A DNA stretch of 64,000 bases, from the NCBI GenBank assembly GCA_028023455.1, contig JAQFVV010000005.1:20522001-20586000 (forward strand), written 5' to 3'. Positions within the stretch are counted from its first letter, which is position 1; every line of letters starts with the position of its first letter. Source of the DNA: Epiperipatus broadwayi (Eukaryota > Animalia > Onychophora). Positions 22,450-35,738 of this stretch are shown piece by piece. The translations under genes were made by a program, and so were the position numbers. The notes under the pieces were generated by a model. That model worked only from the letters and a program-made list of their open reading frames with translations, had not been told where the DNA came from and did no database searches.

Positions 22450-23070
22450 ACCAGGCAACTGTTTATATAAGATAACTTTCCAAATAAAATTTTAATTATC
22501 CAGTCAATAAATTTACATGTAAAAACATCAATTATGACTTTACATCAAAAACTGGTATAAATTAGTTGTCCCAAAACAACAGTTTCAAGACTTATAACCA
22601 TTTTCATCAGCTGCTTGCAGACCATCTATGAGTATGTCAATACAGAATGCCTTTTCCAAATACATCAAACTTCAGATTTATTAGATATTAAAGTATAAAG
22701 TAATTAATGCACTTATAGATGTTTAACACCACATTGTTTAAAGGCTCAATATTTAAAAAGACTGTGCAATAATTCTTTTGTGCTTTAATATTTACTTCGT
22801 CTGAAGTTTGATATATAGTATTAGAAAAGGGCTTTATACATTGCATTGTTATGCTAGAAGATGACTCTGCAGTCATATGAAGATAAATATTTGCTAGCCT
22901 TTATATACTGTTGGAACAGATGATTAGTGATAGTTTTTAATGCAATGTCAAACTTTGTTTTGTTACATGTAAATTTATTGGCTGGATAATTTAAATTTTG
23001 TTACATGTAAATTTATTGGCTGGATAATTTAAATTTTATTTGGCAAGTATATTGTTTACATAAATATCAG
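22450..23070. repeat. Old ~620-bp degenerate palindrome (fold-back) with a 40-bp tandem duplication in the right arm
   Basis: Matching inverted blocks: aaataaaattttaattatccagtcaataaatttacatgt (~22480-22520) versus 22960-23045; ccttttccaaatacatcaaacttcaga (~22650-22676) versus 22800-22830; centre near 22740. Confidence 0.7.
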
Positions 23071-23233
23071 ATTAGTATTAAAAGATTTGATTTTTTATAT
23101 AATGGATTATTAATTGATAATAATTAATATTTAAGGATATAATTTAGTTATTTTCACTTCTGGTTTAGGCTAATTTACCATATTATTCAAAAGCTTAATG
23201 TTTAAAAAACCACCTTATTGTCATTATATACTT

Positions 23234-23337
23234 TCTTTTTCTTTTTTTCATATGTCAAATGCATTGATTGGGAGATGAACCCAGGCCAGCTGCTTGGAAG
23301 GCAGTTATGCTAACCACTAGGCCACCAATGCTTGACC
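23234..23337 (-). mobile_element. tRNA-Gly(TCC)-derived SINE, CpG-decayed copy
   Basis: ggtcaa + GCATTGG...CTTCCAA...AATGCA + tttgacatatg + A-rich tail. 13-bp TSD tcattatatactt (23221-23233 / 23338-23350). Confidence 0.9.
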
Positions 23338-23857
23338 TCATTATATACTTATAATCTAATTGATCTACACATTGCACTGGGATGTAATTAGATGATTCTG
23401 AAGCCAGCGGATCTAGAAATATTTTCAAGTTCTTGAAATGGTTATCCTGAATGGTGATAATTGTGATATAATGTTAAAGTTGATTTGTTATATGTAAATT
23501 TATTGAGTGAATAATTCAAATTCTGTTTGGTGACAGCTAATTGTTAACACATATATAATATTCAACTTTGCTCACCCACAACTGTGTTATAAGTAAAGCA
23601 CCCTTTTAAATAAATGGACAAATATAAGGCAAACGCCTCTCTAATAATCACTCATAGAAAAACAGTGAAAAAGGTAGTAGACTCCAGGCTTGCAAACTTC
23701 CAAGTGGTGAGCTTTTGAGTGGTTTTTCATCGTTGCTTTAGTCTTCAGATAAGATTAACTAGATATTCATTTGCTGACCAATGGTGGGTAGTTATCAAGG
23801 TTGTCTATGATTACTACCTAAAAAATAAAATTTTAAGCCTCTTAAGAAAAATCACTT

Positions 23858-23918
23858 GGCCTAGATTAAAACCTGACTCCCCAGGCATGGTAGACAGATA
23901 CGCTATTTCTGAACTACA
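23858..23918 (-). mobile_element. Degenerate tRNA-like SINE head (different family)
   Basis: Minus strand tgtagttcag..agcgtatctgtctaccatgc..gtcaggttttaatctaggcc resembles an A-box/B-box tRNA head. Body and tail not resolved. Confidence 0.35.
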
Positions 23919-25177
23919 AACTCTTCAGCTCATATTATATATGATTTTATATAAGCTTACTGATTGTAAAAACATCTTATGGAGATATGAGTTCAGTATT
24001 CTGAATGGAAGAAAATATAGTTCAGTGATAATAACACAGAGCATATGAAGTATTTAAAAATCATAAAACAATTTGGATAGAGGGAGGGGAGGCACTAATT
24101 CTGAAAAAATGCTCATTCAACTGTAGTTTCTTTCAAACAAATTTTTTATTTACACATTTTGGCAAATTTTTTCTCATTTTCATTAGTTTTTAAAACATCT
24201 TTTTATTTATAATGTTGTATTCTTTGGTGATTTATGTATAACACGTTATGAATGGGTAACAGAAAATATTTATTTGGAGCACAAACTTCCTAGATAAACA
24301 GATTCACACACAGCTGCGCTGAAAAGCTAATCTCAGCGTGTTGTTTGTGATTAACTGGCGCAATAACAAATCATTCCTCCGATTCCATTTACAAATTGTT
24401 AAAATGAAAGAGTAAATCAGCCCTGAAACTAGATTTCTGTCAGTCTATCATCATTAATAGTAAGCCTTTAGTTTTTATATTTGTGCATTCTCAAAATAAC
24501 AAAATGACAGCTAATATCTTTAATCTTGGGGTTGGCAGCCGTATTTTTTAAAAAGTAATATTTAATAAATATCAGCATTAATAAGCCATTTACAGATCTA
24601 ATTATTAACCAAGATTGCAAATTCTGTGTCACAAACAGCTGGATAAAATGCTAAAACAAGATTTATTTATTTCTCACTTATTGTTTTGAATTTATATATG
24701 CAGTATATATATATTTACAGAACGGTAATTTCATGCTGAAAAAGTTTCATTATTCTACTCAAAGCTTTAAACATCATTACAATAAAAGATAAAACAGTAT
24801 TTAAATAGATCACTGCATGGCGAAAGTCCTGTCTAACTCGTAGAGAAACAGAATAGAAAAAGACATTACCACTATTAGACTTACTATTTACCTGGTGGCG
24901 AGGCGTTAGGAAGTTTTTCAGCATTTTTTAAGTGTATATTGTATGGATAAATGGATTATTCTCCAGTACATGAGGGGTCAGTATGACTAACGGTCAACAT
25001 GGGTAGGATGACAATCTTGATACTAACATGGGCTTTGAACTTCCATCATCAGATTTTCAATGAAATGAAAGGCTGAAGAGTTGTGCGTTGGAGTAGTTTG
25101 AAGCCTGTCCATTAAAGATTGGCTATCTTAATATAAAGCAGAGCACTGATTTATATAAGTGTGAAGATAGTAATCTA

Positions 25178-25372
25178 GACCATATGATTGCTGGTTTAGC
25201 ATGAAATACATATATTGGTGGTTATTTATCTTTTCAACATGTATGTGATCAGATGGGTCAGCAATATAAGATGGCTTGGAGAGTTGAGAGTTGTGTGAAA
25301 GTGTGAGCTCGAATCCCTCATATATTACATTATATGTGCAGGTGTGTGTGAGCCTGCACAGTGTATTAAATT
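25178..25372 (+). mobile_element. HHR family 2 retroelement copy, ribozyme core decayed
   Basis: Colinear with 41870-42084. The CTGATGA box is damaged (catatga), but ctggtttagcatgaaatacatatattggtg is retained. Confidence 0.8.
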
Positions 25373-26239
25373 AAGTGTATACTGAAAATAGAAAAACTCA
25401 TTTTCTAACCAATATGAGATGATTTGGATTAGTCATGAACCAGGAACATAAATATCCTAAGACTGGTTAAAATCTGAAGAGTTTTTAACCAGAAGTTCAA
25501 ATTGGATAGATCTTTTTTTTTTTCAAAAAGCTTAGGGTTTTCTATCAGGCAATTGGCATATATTCAACTCAACTAAGCATCAAATATTGATTGGTAAATG
25601 AATATTTTTTGTTAGAGAGTAAAAAGAATGACAAAGTACTCAAATCATCACCTTCTGATAATTAGAAAACCTGCTGAGTGTTGCTTTCTTTTTTATTGAT
25701 CCTTTATAAAAGCTGTTGGAAAGAGCTTTGCCCTGATGTGGTCTATTTTATATATATCTTTATGCTGAAAAAATCTTTGTTATTCTATCATAACAATTGA
25801 GAGTCCATTATAGTAAAAGACAAATTGGTCTTTAAATGGATTCCTACATGGCCGAAAATTCTCTGCAATAGCAATTAGAGAAAAACAGTAAAAAGGATGC
25901 TTTCAGCCATTGGAATCATTTGGGAACTTTTTGCAGTTTAGTCTAATCTTTCTCTAAAGGTACTTAACTAGATATCCATTTACCAACTACTAATAAATGA
26001 TTATCTGGATTGGCTATGGGTCAATTACCTGAAAAAATATTCAATTCTGATTAGAACTTGAAGAAATTTTTATATTTTATCTGAACCAGGGTTACACTAA
26101 GGTCATAGAATTGACTTGTAGACCAGATCCTTCATTATAAAGTAGTTTTAAAACTGAAAATCTGAGGTGTTGATTAATTTGAGGAAAAGCAATAGCAACA
26201 TCTTTCTGGCATAAACAAGCAGAGAAGATAACTTGGTTG

Positions 26240-26751
26240 GAGTGCTTTTGGTAGAAATAACTTGATACTAAAAGGAAATATGCCTATGTGTTTGAAAAGG
26301 ATGGTTTTTAACAAATGTGTTTTACCAGTTCTTACTTATGGATCTGAGACTTGGACACTTAATAGAAGAGCAATTCAGAGACTTCAGACCACTCAAAGGA
26401 GTATGGAGAGATGTATGTTGGGAGTAACAAGAAGAGATCATAAACGCAATGTATGGGTAAGAGAACAAACAGGTGTTACTGACCTTATTGAAAAAATTAA
26501 AAGATTGAAGTGGAGTTGGGCTGGACATATTGTTAGAAGAGATGATAATAGATGGACAATTGAAATTTTAAACTGGATTCCAAGAGATTGTAAAAGACCC
26601 AGAAAGAGACCACATGTGAGATGGATGGATGAAATAAGAAAATTTGCAGGAGTATTGTGGAGAAAAGAAGCTAAAGATCGGAGAAGATGGATTAAACTTG
26701 GAGAGACCTTCATCCTGCAGTGGATTGATAATGGTTGATGATGATGATGAT
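26240..26751 (+). mobile_element. 5'-truncated RTE-clade LINE: C-terminal ORF fragment plus (TGA)n tail
   Basis: Open frame ...VLPVLTYGSETWTL...LKWSWAGHIVRRDDNRW...RPHVRWMDEI...QWIDNG*, typical of the RTE C-terminus, followed by tgatgatgatgatgat. Confidence 0.93.
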
Positions 26752-26974
26752 ATATAAGTAAACTGAATAGTAGATTGTGAGATGAACCAAAAATTAACTC
26801 ATTTGATGAAACATAAAATCTATCTTATATAAATGATATTCATTATTTCATTAATCTTGTTAATATAAAAGAAGAAGTTATCATGGTACTGCCAGTAAAC
26901 TCATAACAATGTTCATATTTATGTAAATATATTTAGGTAATTTTTTAAAACTTAAGTTATATTTTTTCTCAATA

Positions 26975-28881
26975 GATGGAGTTCATATACTTTTGAAAGG
27001 TGTTAGAAAGTTAAACAATAATAGCCTGATAGTGGTAACATCAGTGTTATATAAGGTTTTTGTGTATATGGTAGCTGGAAGAATAGCAAAGTGGATGGAA
27101 GAAAATAATACAGTGAGAGAAATTCAAGGAGGTTTTCAATCAGATAAGTGTATGGGAGATAGTTCATTTGTAGTCATACAACTTGTAGATACAAGTACGA
27201 ATACTGGTAGTCAGTTATATATGATTTTTATAGATATAGAGAAGGTATATGATAGAGTAAAGAGAAATAGATTATGGGTAAGTTTAGTAAATATGAAATG
27301 AATGGAGGTTTAGCGGATCTTATTAAAAGATTGTAAGAAAATAATTACTATACTTATCAATTAGGAAGTATAGAATCAGAATTAAAATTGTAGTAGGACT
27401 ATGGCAAGGCTGCCCTATGTCACCTATTTTGTTTTTGTTACAGTTGAGAGAACAATAGAAAGATTAGGAAATTGTGTAGAAATACCATTAATAGATGGCA
27501 AGGGAGTGTATATATTATCATTTTTTTTAATTTACTGATCATATCTTCTAGTGCACAGAAAGTAGGGAAGATATGGAAGTTATGCTGAAGACATACACAA
27601 AGGTGAATAAAGAAATGAGAATTAAATTTAGTGAATAAAAATCAAAAGTAATGATGATGCTGGGAAAAGAAAAAAGAAAGAATTTTTATTATGAGATATA
27701 AAATTAAATGTTGTGAATATGTATAACTATTGGGAATCATTTTCAGTAATCAGAAAAATTGCTTGGATGAATGGGAGAAAAAATTGTTAAATGAAGCAAA
27801 GAAAAGAAAGAGACTGATAAAGAAATTAACAGTGTTTTCATATAATAAATATGATGTAGTAATAATTAAATGGAAGGGAGTAACATTAACAGGGTTAACT
27901 TATGGTAATGATGCTTTATGTGTTAGTAAAGAAGTGTTAGATTACTTAGAAAAAGTACAAAGAGAGTAGGAAGACATGCATTAAATGTAGATGTGTGAAA
28001 GACAAAGGAGGTAATTAAAAAAAATGAGATGGTCAAGTTTTATATGAGAGATGCAAAAAGCAAAATGAAAATGTTCAGTAGATTGCAATCTATGGATAAT
28101 AAGAGAATAGCCAAAATAGTATTTAATTGAGTTATGAGAAAAGGAGAGGCAAAAAGATGGGTGAGAAAGGTAATATGGTATGCAGAAGATTTGGATAAAT
28201 ACTTTATGTCAGTATACTTGTACAAAAGATGGGATGATTGTGTTAGGAAAATTATTGAATGTTATAGTGGCAAAAAATGGAATAGCAGAATAGATGCATG
28301 AATAAAAAATAGGGAGTTGGAGAGATGAAGAACTATTATGGAGAGAAAACAGAGTTTAAATATATATAGAAGCACACAGAATATTGGGTATGAGTTTTAA
28401 TTTATGATAATAGTAAGGAAAGTAGTTTACTGTTTAAGGCTTGAACAGGGTCATTAGCAACAGTGGAATATACTCTTAAATGGAGAAATGTGGGGGATTT
28501 AGTCTGCAAGTTATATAAGAAAGTCATAGAAAATATTAGGCATTTGTAAAATGAATGTAAATGCCTACAAGCAGAAAGGGTGAAAATAATGAAGTTGCAG
28601 GAGAATAAATATAAAAAAAGTAATTAGATAGAAAGTGGGTTCTTGGTTTTGATGCTTGGTTTTGAAAAAGATAAAGGGGATCTAGATATAAAGATTATAG
28701 AGTGGTCAAATATAATGTTGTGAAAATGGGATGGAATAGGATAGAGAAGAATATGGGAAAAACTTATGATGGGGAATGGAAAGGGAAGATAAGATGGCTA
28801 ACAGGTTTCTCTGGGCATACTGGCTGAGAGATTCCTGACTCCAATAAAGGAGAAGCCAGAATGCATCACATAACACCACAT
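26975..28881 (+). mobile_element. Decayed 5'-truncated LINE (RT plus C-terminal CCHC-like region), clade not assigned
   Basis: VTSVLYKVF...IQGGF...FIDIEKVYDRV..LW (RT); GL.QGCPMSPILF at ~27397-27435; YLGIIF; LTYGN; C..C....E...H....C at ~28500-28560. The 3' UTR is shared with the 34097 and 51603 copies. Confidence 0.88.
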
Positions 28882-31514
28882 CTTGTTAATACAGCAGTTA
28901 TATGAGAAATGAACTTCATTATTAGATGTTGGCTACAAACTAAGCTAAATTTATAAGTAAACATTTTTTTAAAAATTAAAAATATTATAGATATAATATT
29001 TAATAATTATAATAGCGTATATATTATTTTTTAATGTATCATTTGAAATTATAATCAGGCAACAAATAATGTTTAACTTTTCAGATTTTTTGTAATGGAT
29101 GCCACTGTAACATTTAAAATAAAATTTTTGTATTTTAAAATCATTATTATAGATTTTAGATACAAATAATATTACATTTAGTCAAAAATTGTCATAAAAT
29201 ATTTGTTCATATTTAATAAACTATAAATTTTTAGGTAGTTAACTAGTTTTCAAATGTAATTCACATCATAATAAATGCAGCTTAACCCAATAGAAATAAT
29301 CACTATAGATAAAAAAAAATGGATTCCTTCACCTATTACTCCATCTAAGCTCTTAATATATTGGTTTATTAAGCTTTGACAGTTACATTGTGAATTGTAT
29401 ATGTTGCATATTTTTTGTATATATTTCCTGATGGAATAAAAAAAAATACTTAGATAATTGATAAAAGGCTCAAAGGCCCATGATAAAATATGAAATAATA
29501 AAGTTGTATAAGTTTATTATTTCTTTACTTATTTAAAATTAATCTCTTTATACCCAATTTAATAACCACATATTTAAGATATAACCTTAAAATCCATTGC
29601 CAAACTAATTGATCTCATGAAATAGTAATAAAACAGTTGTGTTAGAAAATTTTTACTTCAATCATAATATCATTAAAATGATTTACATTTGGCATATATT
29701 TCCATTTTAAAGGTCTTATTTTTAAAATTTTATATTATGCATATTAGTCCATGGAGAACTCTTTAATTTCATTCTGTAGTCAACACTCTAAATACTAACT
29801 CTTTATATAACACATATTAAACCATAGAGATCTTTTTATCTCCACTCTGTGATCAAAACTGTAAATGTTGATTAAATCAATGAACACTAGATGGCAGTAA
29901 AAATATTAATCAGTTTCTAATTAACTGCCATTCCTCATTTCAATGAACATTTTTAGAGTCAACACTTCTGATTTTTGGAAATCAGTTGGAATTCATTTTA
30001 TATCACTAAATTTTTCTATGGAAAATAATGTAATTATATCAAAGCTAACATTGCAAAATTTAATTTTTATATACATGGACTTAAATTTGAATACTGTTTT
30101 TAACAAAACGCAACTGTTTTTTTTAACAAAATTATTTAAATTAATTTCAAACATGATTAAAAGAATGGGAAAATAGTACAAGTTATACATTTATTTAAGG
30201 AAAAAAAAACAACAAAGCTTACTTTTTACATTAGTTAAAATAAGATAACTTTTTTCAATTCCCACAATATAAGTTTAAGTCCTTCTAAAATATATATAAT
30301 TTATATTTATCAAATAAAAACAACTTTCAAATGATTAAAACAAACTTTCCAATTGTTTCTGCTTGCCAAATAAAATTTCAAACAAATGCTGCCATTTTGA
30401 GCAAACTAAATTCTGCAATTTAACCTTTGAACTATAAATCTTTATATTTTGTTAATAGCTTTTGCCATATATTAATAAACACAAAGATTGCAATACATCT
30501 ATTAGCATGCAGACCATTCAAATGTTTTTCAATTAAGACCATGATGATATAATACAAAATTTGCCACATTCAAGTTAGAGTTAAATTGATCTTGATAAAT
30601 CTATTACTACCCAATTGTTTTACTAAATACAAAGCATTTTTTATACTTCAGATTAAAAAAAACTCAATCTTAACATATACCTAGCAAATATTTATATTCT
30701 TATTGAATAAATATATAAAAAAAACCCACATAATTATTTGTTAAGAAATATAGATACAAAAACATCAGTAGTGTTTATATTCTATTGATCTGACAATAAT
30801 GATATTTCATAAAGAATGAAGCAAAATGTTTTTGAAACATGATGTTAAAACTCATCAAAGATTTCTTCAACTATCCTGATTTACTCTTATTACTATCCAC
30901 CATACTTTGTGTTGTTAGTAGATAATTTTTTTTTTTTGACTTTAGTCTCTCTTTCTCATCAATGTTCTTCTTTTGACAATTTTTATTGATAGTTTCATTG
31001 TTCTTTTTAAAGTATTTATCCACTCAATTTGCTCTTATTAAAAATATTCACCACACTCACTTTCTTATTTGAATGTACTTACCTCATGTAATATGATTTT
31101 TCTTATCAAAAGAACTCACCTCATTCAACTTAATCTTTTTTAAATACTCACAGGTCATTCAACTCAGAATCCATATTATTACCTTAAAAATCAAATCCAT
31201 TCTGATATATTTCATTATTTATGTTTAAAAATCTCAAATATTCCAAAAGATTATAGTTTTTTTGTATGGAGTCATCAGAAATCAGTGCTAACTTGATAGA
31301 ATCCAAACAATTTACACACCCTTATACACATATGTATCACCCTACCAGAATATATTTTCTTTACATTTTGGTGAAATGATTATTACTAGTAGCAAAGAAA
31401 ATTTTGCAGCATTAGATCTGCTTTTATGGACTGATTTATTTATTAAGGCTACAATGGCTAACATATCTATATTTTCTAATGAAGAACTAAAAATGTGTGT
31501 GATTTTGAGACATT

Positions 31515-31850
31515 CATGATCATCATCATCACTGTTATCCATCCTTTAACCTTCACCAGAAACAAAGGAAAACAATTTTCTTAATATAACTCAATGCAGG
31601 TTCATAATTTTCCACTATTCTGAGCTTCTCCTATCTACAGTTCTTTTAGTTTTTTCATTATGCTTTGCTTACAATGTTTTTATGTTCATTATGATGTTAG
31701 TTTATTAGCTTTCATCTGGACTTCTCTATCTACATTTTTATCTTAGATTATTCTATATTAACTGACTTTTATTTCACTTCCTTTATAATTATAAACATCA
31801 TTGTTGCCATTATGGGTTATTTCTTTATATTCTTTCTTGTCATTCCCCAA
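31515..31850 (-). mobile_element. Decayed RTE-like LINE 3' end
   Basis: Purine-rich minus-strand segment with remnants of the KR..GRP and AQ.R..W motifs, ending in a gatgatgatgat tail (catcatcatc at ~31520). Confidence 0.45.
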
Positions 31851-32276
31851 GACTGCTCTGCGTGGTTTGGTGAAGTGGTAGGGCGTTCAGACATTAATTT
31901 ACAAGGTTCTTAGATTAATTCCACTTCATACCCTTCTGATGCTCAGCATCTTATAAATCTAAAGCAATGAAGTCATTTTATTATTAATTTATTTTTATTT
32001 TTAACTCTACAATCTCCAATTTATTTTTACAACTGCAGTTCATACTTCACAAATGTACTAGACATATTAAGCATTTCTTGAGATATTCATTTTTTCCTAT
32101 AACTTCCTCTCATACTAAGAGCTTTAAATTATTCCAACTAATCTTGTCTACTTATTCAATTTTTAAATACTTATCACATGACACTAGTGAATTATTTCTT
32201 TCCAAACCATTGCATAAATATTTATTTAGTCAATGAATGCTAGTCAGCAATGATAGCTAATTTTACTATGTACTTC

Positions 32277-32488
32277 ACAGAGGCAAAACTCTCCATACAA
32301 TAGGACCTGTTAGTGCAAGTCAGAGTAATCAGCAGATGCAAGAAGGTTTGTGTGTAAAATCCCCATCTAGTGCCTATCTATCCAATATCCCCAGACTAGC
32401 TTCTAACTTGTGGCTTTCATCATTGAGGAGCTTTGGATCTGAGAGCACTGCATCTAGACTTGTGTAAGCATAAAGAATGATGACCATG
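32277..32488. mobile_element. HHR family 1 insertion: long antisense arm plus ~30-nt sense arm
   Basis: 32277-32458 matches the 453-nt monomer in reverse (HHR core mutated: ATGATGA, GAAG). 32460-32488 is the sense segment gcaagcataagaaatggtgatcatg. 8-bp TSD tgtacttc (32269-32276 / 32489-32496). Confidence 0.8.
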
Positions 32489-34096
32489 TGTACTTCCTGA
32501 TACTTAATTCAAGTGAATATACATTTGCCTAGATTCAAAATTAACACCCTGAATCTATTAAATCTTTCATTGAACAGCATAGTAAGGTTGCTAGTGGAAG
32601 ATTACAATGCAATAGCACCTTGTATTTGAATAAAGACTAATTAATGAAAAACTAATCTTGAGAGTGTAATAACATAGCTATCAAATATTCACTAAATATT
32701 TCATGTCATCCTGTGAATAATGACAGAAGTTAACAATATTCAATTCTATATGTTGACAAAACAACCCTATTAAACAATTATTGTTTATATATATATATTG
32801 GTGTTAGAAAATGTTTCCGGGATATAAATAAATAAAAAAAATGGTTAACATTTATTGCATCTATTTGCGATATTAATATATTTATATCAGTTAAAAGAAT
32901 TTACCACTCAGTTTTGATTGGCAGAATTATAAACGTACAGTTGCTGAAAGAAACAAATAGCAAGTTGGAGGAATGCAGTGACTCCATAATGAACTTAATA
33001 CTTTCAACTACATTGGTTAGCCTCATGAAACGTATAAAAGTATTTGTTACAAAGAGCTTCCAACTTAAGCAAGCTAGATTTCCTTTTAGAAAATAGAGGA
33101 CTGATATCTTTCAAATAATATTGCCTATCTTCTTTCCAAATAAACTTTCATTTTATAACCAGCTTCTTTACTTTATAGTAAAAAATTGGATTAAACGACT
33201 GAGATATATGATTGGTCCGTTTATGTTATTAGCAGTTTATTCACATTATTATTGTTTCATTGGTCAGTTATATTGCACTCTGGACCCGATGTACAGAGCT
33301 CTACAGTTTGGATAAATCGGTTGTAGAGGGTAAGCAAAAGACGAGTCCTTAAAAATAATATTTTAGTTTTAATCTTTTATATATATAGCAAAAAGAAAAA
33401 AAAAGAATGCATATTGTAAAGCCATAGACGTTTATTAAATATGTCTTTATATCTGCTTAGTCAAACGAATGACTTTTTCTCTCAACTTCCTATAAATAAA
33501 TAACGTTTAGTGATAAATTATTTAGTTGCTTGTCTCAATTGTGATTACTTTTGACCAACAGATTATTTTTCTGTATTGTTTAAGATGAACTCAATACATT
33601 TATTAAAAATTGTTATTTCAGAATGTTGTTAATCCTTCTGCTTCGCTTCTTGAGAAACTTTGACATTTCTTTAATCTGAAGAATAATCAATAAGACGATC
33701 ATTGTCACATGACAAAAATTTTGCTCAGGTCACAGAAAAGTAACAATTAATAATTCAAATTAAAGCACAGAATTAACAAGTACCCCCCTCCCCCAATTAT
33801 AAAAATATTTATTGCAGCTGTTCATTAAATAATTTATAATTATTTCTTTATATATACGTAAATTTGATTGTGCTATTTTTCCAGTTCAAAAGACGATCAT
33901 CAGAATGTACTTTTCTTCTGAATGCGAGATATAATCACTTTGATTTAGTAACTAATGTTAAACCTTCAAGTCTCCTATCAAACAGTTATGGATAATACAT
34001 TTTCAACAATTTTTACCCTGGATAATTATCAATTTGAAAATGTGAAGCAATTTAAATATCTGATACTTTTTAATCGAAGTAAATTTAGATGTTCAG

Positions 34097-34432
34097 ATGT
34101 GATGTGATGCATTGTGACCTCCTTATATTGAGTCGGAATCTCTCAGCAACTACACCCAGAGAAACCTGTTAGCCACTTTAACTTCTCTTTACATTCCCTA
34201 AGTTTTCCCATATTCTTCTCTATCCTGCTTCATCCCATTTCCATAACATAATCTTTGTCAACTCCATGGCCTTTATATCTAAATCCACTTTATCTTTTCC
34301 TAAACCCAGCATAAAAACCAATAACCCACTTTCTGTATAATCACTTTGTTTTATATTTATTCTTCCACAACTTCATTATCTGTACCCTTTTTGCTTTCAG
34401 GCATTTACCTTCAATTAACAGGTGCCTAGCAA
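34097..34432 (-). mobile_element. 3' end of the same LINE family as 26975-28881
   Basis: Reverse complement matches the 28550-28880 region, including ctctcagc..cccagagaaacctgttagcca and the (catca)n tail. Confidence 0.85.
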
Positions 34433-34620
34433 AAGTATTCATGCATGAGATATCTAATGGCAGAAACATATACTACAATGTGCTCATCTTCAAGAGAACA
34501 ATTTCGGTACATGGCCATTATCAATTATTAGTGAAAATGAAAAATGTAGTAATCAGCATTTAATAAAATTTAGGTAAGCATTATATTCTTAACTCAGATG
34601 TTTTATCCCATCATTTAAAT

Positions 34621-34768
34621 ACATTGTACAGGCTTAAACCTGCATTTATATTTAATATATGTGGGGTTCGAACCAACTGGTGATCTTTTCAACATGTGTG
34701 TGATCAGGTGGGTCAGCAATATGAGATGGCACTGAGAGTGGTGGGTCCTGTGGAAGTCTGAGTTCGAA
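34621..34768. mobile_element. HHR family 2 insertion with inverted arm (no ribozyme core included)
   Basis: 34621-34674 is the reverse complement of the family 3' end; 34675-34768 is sense and ends gagttcgaa. Perfect 13-bp TSD ccatcatttaaat (34608-34620 / 34769-34781). Confidence 0.88.
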
Positions 34769-35002
34769 CCATCATTTAAATTAAATATTCAATCATAATA
34801 TTGAAGACTTTCATTGAATAAAAACTTCATCTGAGTACTAAAGCTAGAAAAAAGTATTCAGTATAACTTCAAAGATAACAAACAATATACCATTAATGAA
34901 CAATCTGCAAACTGATGAAAGTAAAAATATTATTTTACATTTAAAAATGCAACAGCTATATAGATGCTGCTGCAGGCAGTGCTAAAATACTACAACTAAG
35001 TT

Positions 35003-35118
35003 TTTTTTTTCCATATGTCATAGCATCAGCCGGGAGGCAAACCTGCAACAACCATCTGCAAACAACTGCGTGCTTGCAAGGCAGCTGCGCTGACACCTCA
35101 GCTAACAACACTTGACTG
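35003..35118 (-). mobile_element. tRNA-Gly-derived SINE, full-length TGC variant with insertion
   Basis: cagtcaa + tRNA-like body with ccttgcaag loop and ~20-nt insert + tatgacatatgg + A-tail. 10-bp TSD caactaagtt (34993-35002 / 35119-35128). Confidence 0.88.
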
Positions 35119-35460
35119 CAACTAAGTTATTTGTACACAGAGCTATTATCTTATGCAATTTATTGTATGGAAATGAGATTTGGACTTCATATCAATACGT
35201 CATAAAAGTATTAGAACAATTTCATTTAAAGATGCTCTGTAACATTTTAAAAATACAATTGCAAGATCATAAGACCAGTTAGTATAATCTTCAGTCTGTT
35301 GGGTTTGATATTATAATGAACTTGGTCATGGTTTTCATAGGAGAAGCAGATGTCATTTATGTAATAAAGATTATATCAAATACACTCTAAAGAAAGTGTA
35401 ATATTTGCTTATTTTCATTGGTAGTATAGAATACCATGGAAAGATACAGTGTTATAGAGT

Positions 35461-35738
35461 CACTCAGTGCAAGCCAGAGTAATCAATGGATGCAAGAAGG
35501 CTTGTGCATAAAATCCCTATCTAGTGCCTACTCATCCAATATCCCCAGACTAGTTTCTAGCTTGTGGCTTTTGTCAGTGAGAGCAGGCACTAGATAGGGA
35601 TTTTATGCACAAGCCTTCTGGCATCCATTGATTACTCTAGCTTCCACTGATTGTCACTACTGTATGGAGAGTTTCACCTGTTTTAATAACAGTTATGAGC
35701 AAGCATAAGATATGGTGATCATGTAATGTCTAGGAGGT
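35461..35738. mobile_element. HHR family 1 fold-back insertion
   Basis: Antisense arm 35461-35583 (HHR box mutated to CTGACAA), then sense arm ~35585-35738 ending gtgatcatgtaatgtctaggaggt. No TSD found. Confidence 0.85.

Noticed and set aside
24715-24924. 69-aa minus-strand ORF, or first exon MLKNFLTPRHQ followed by gtaaat
   Set aside because: No recognisable homology, and no downstream exon could be linked.
25010-25050. CTGATGA (minus strand) followed by gaagttcaaagcc, loosely like family 1
   Set aside because: No GAAA box or pairing helices follow.
31860-31950. Possible tRNA-like SINE head on the plus strand
   Set aside because: Only a partial A-box, a poor B-box, and no tail or TSD.
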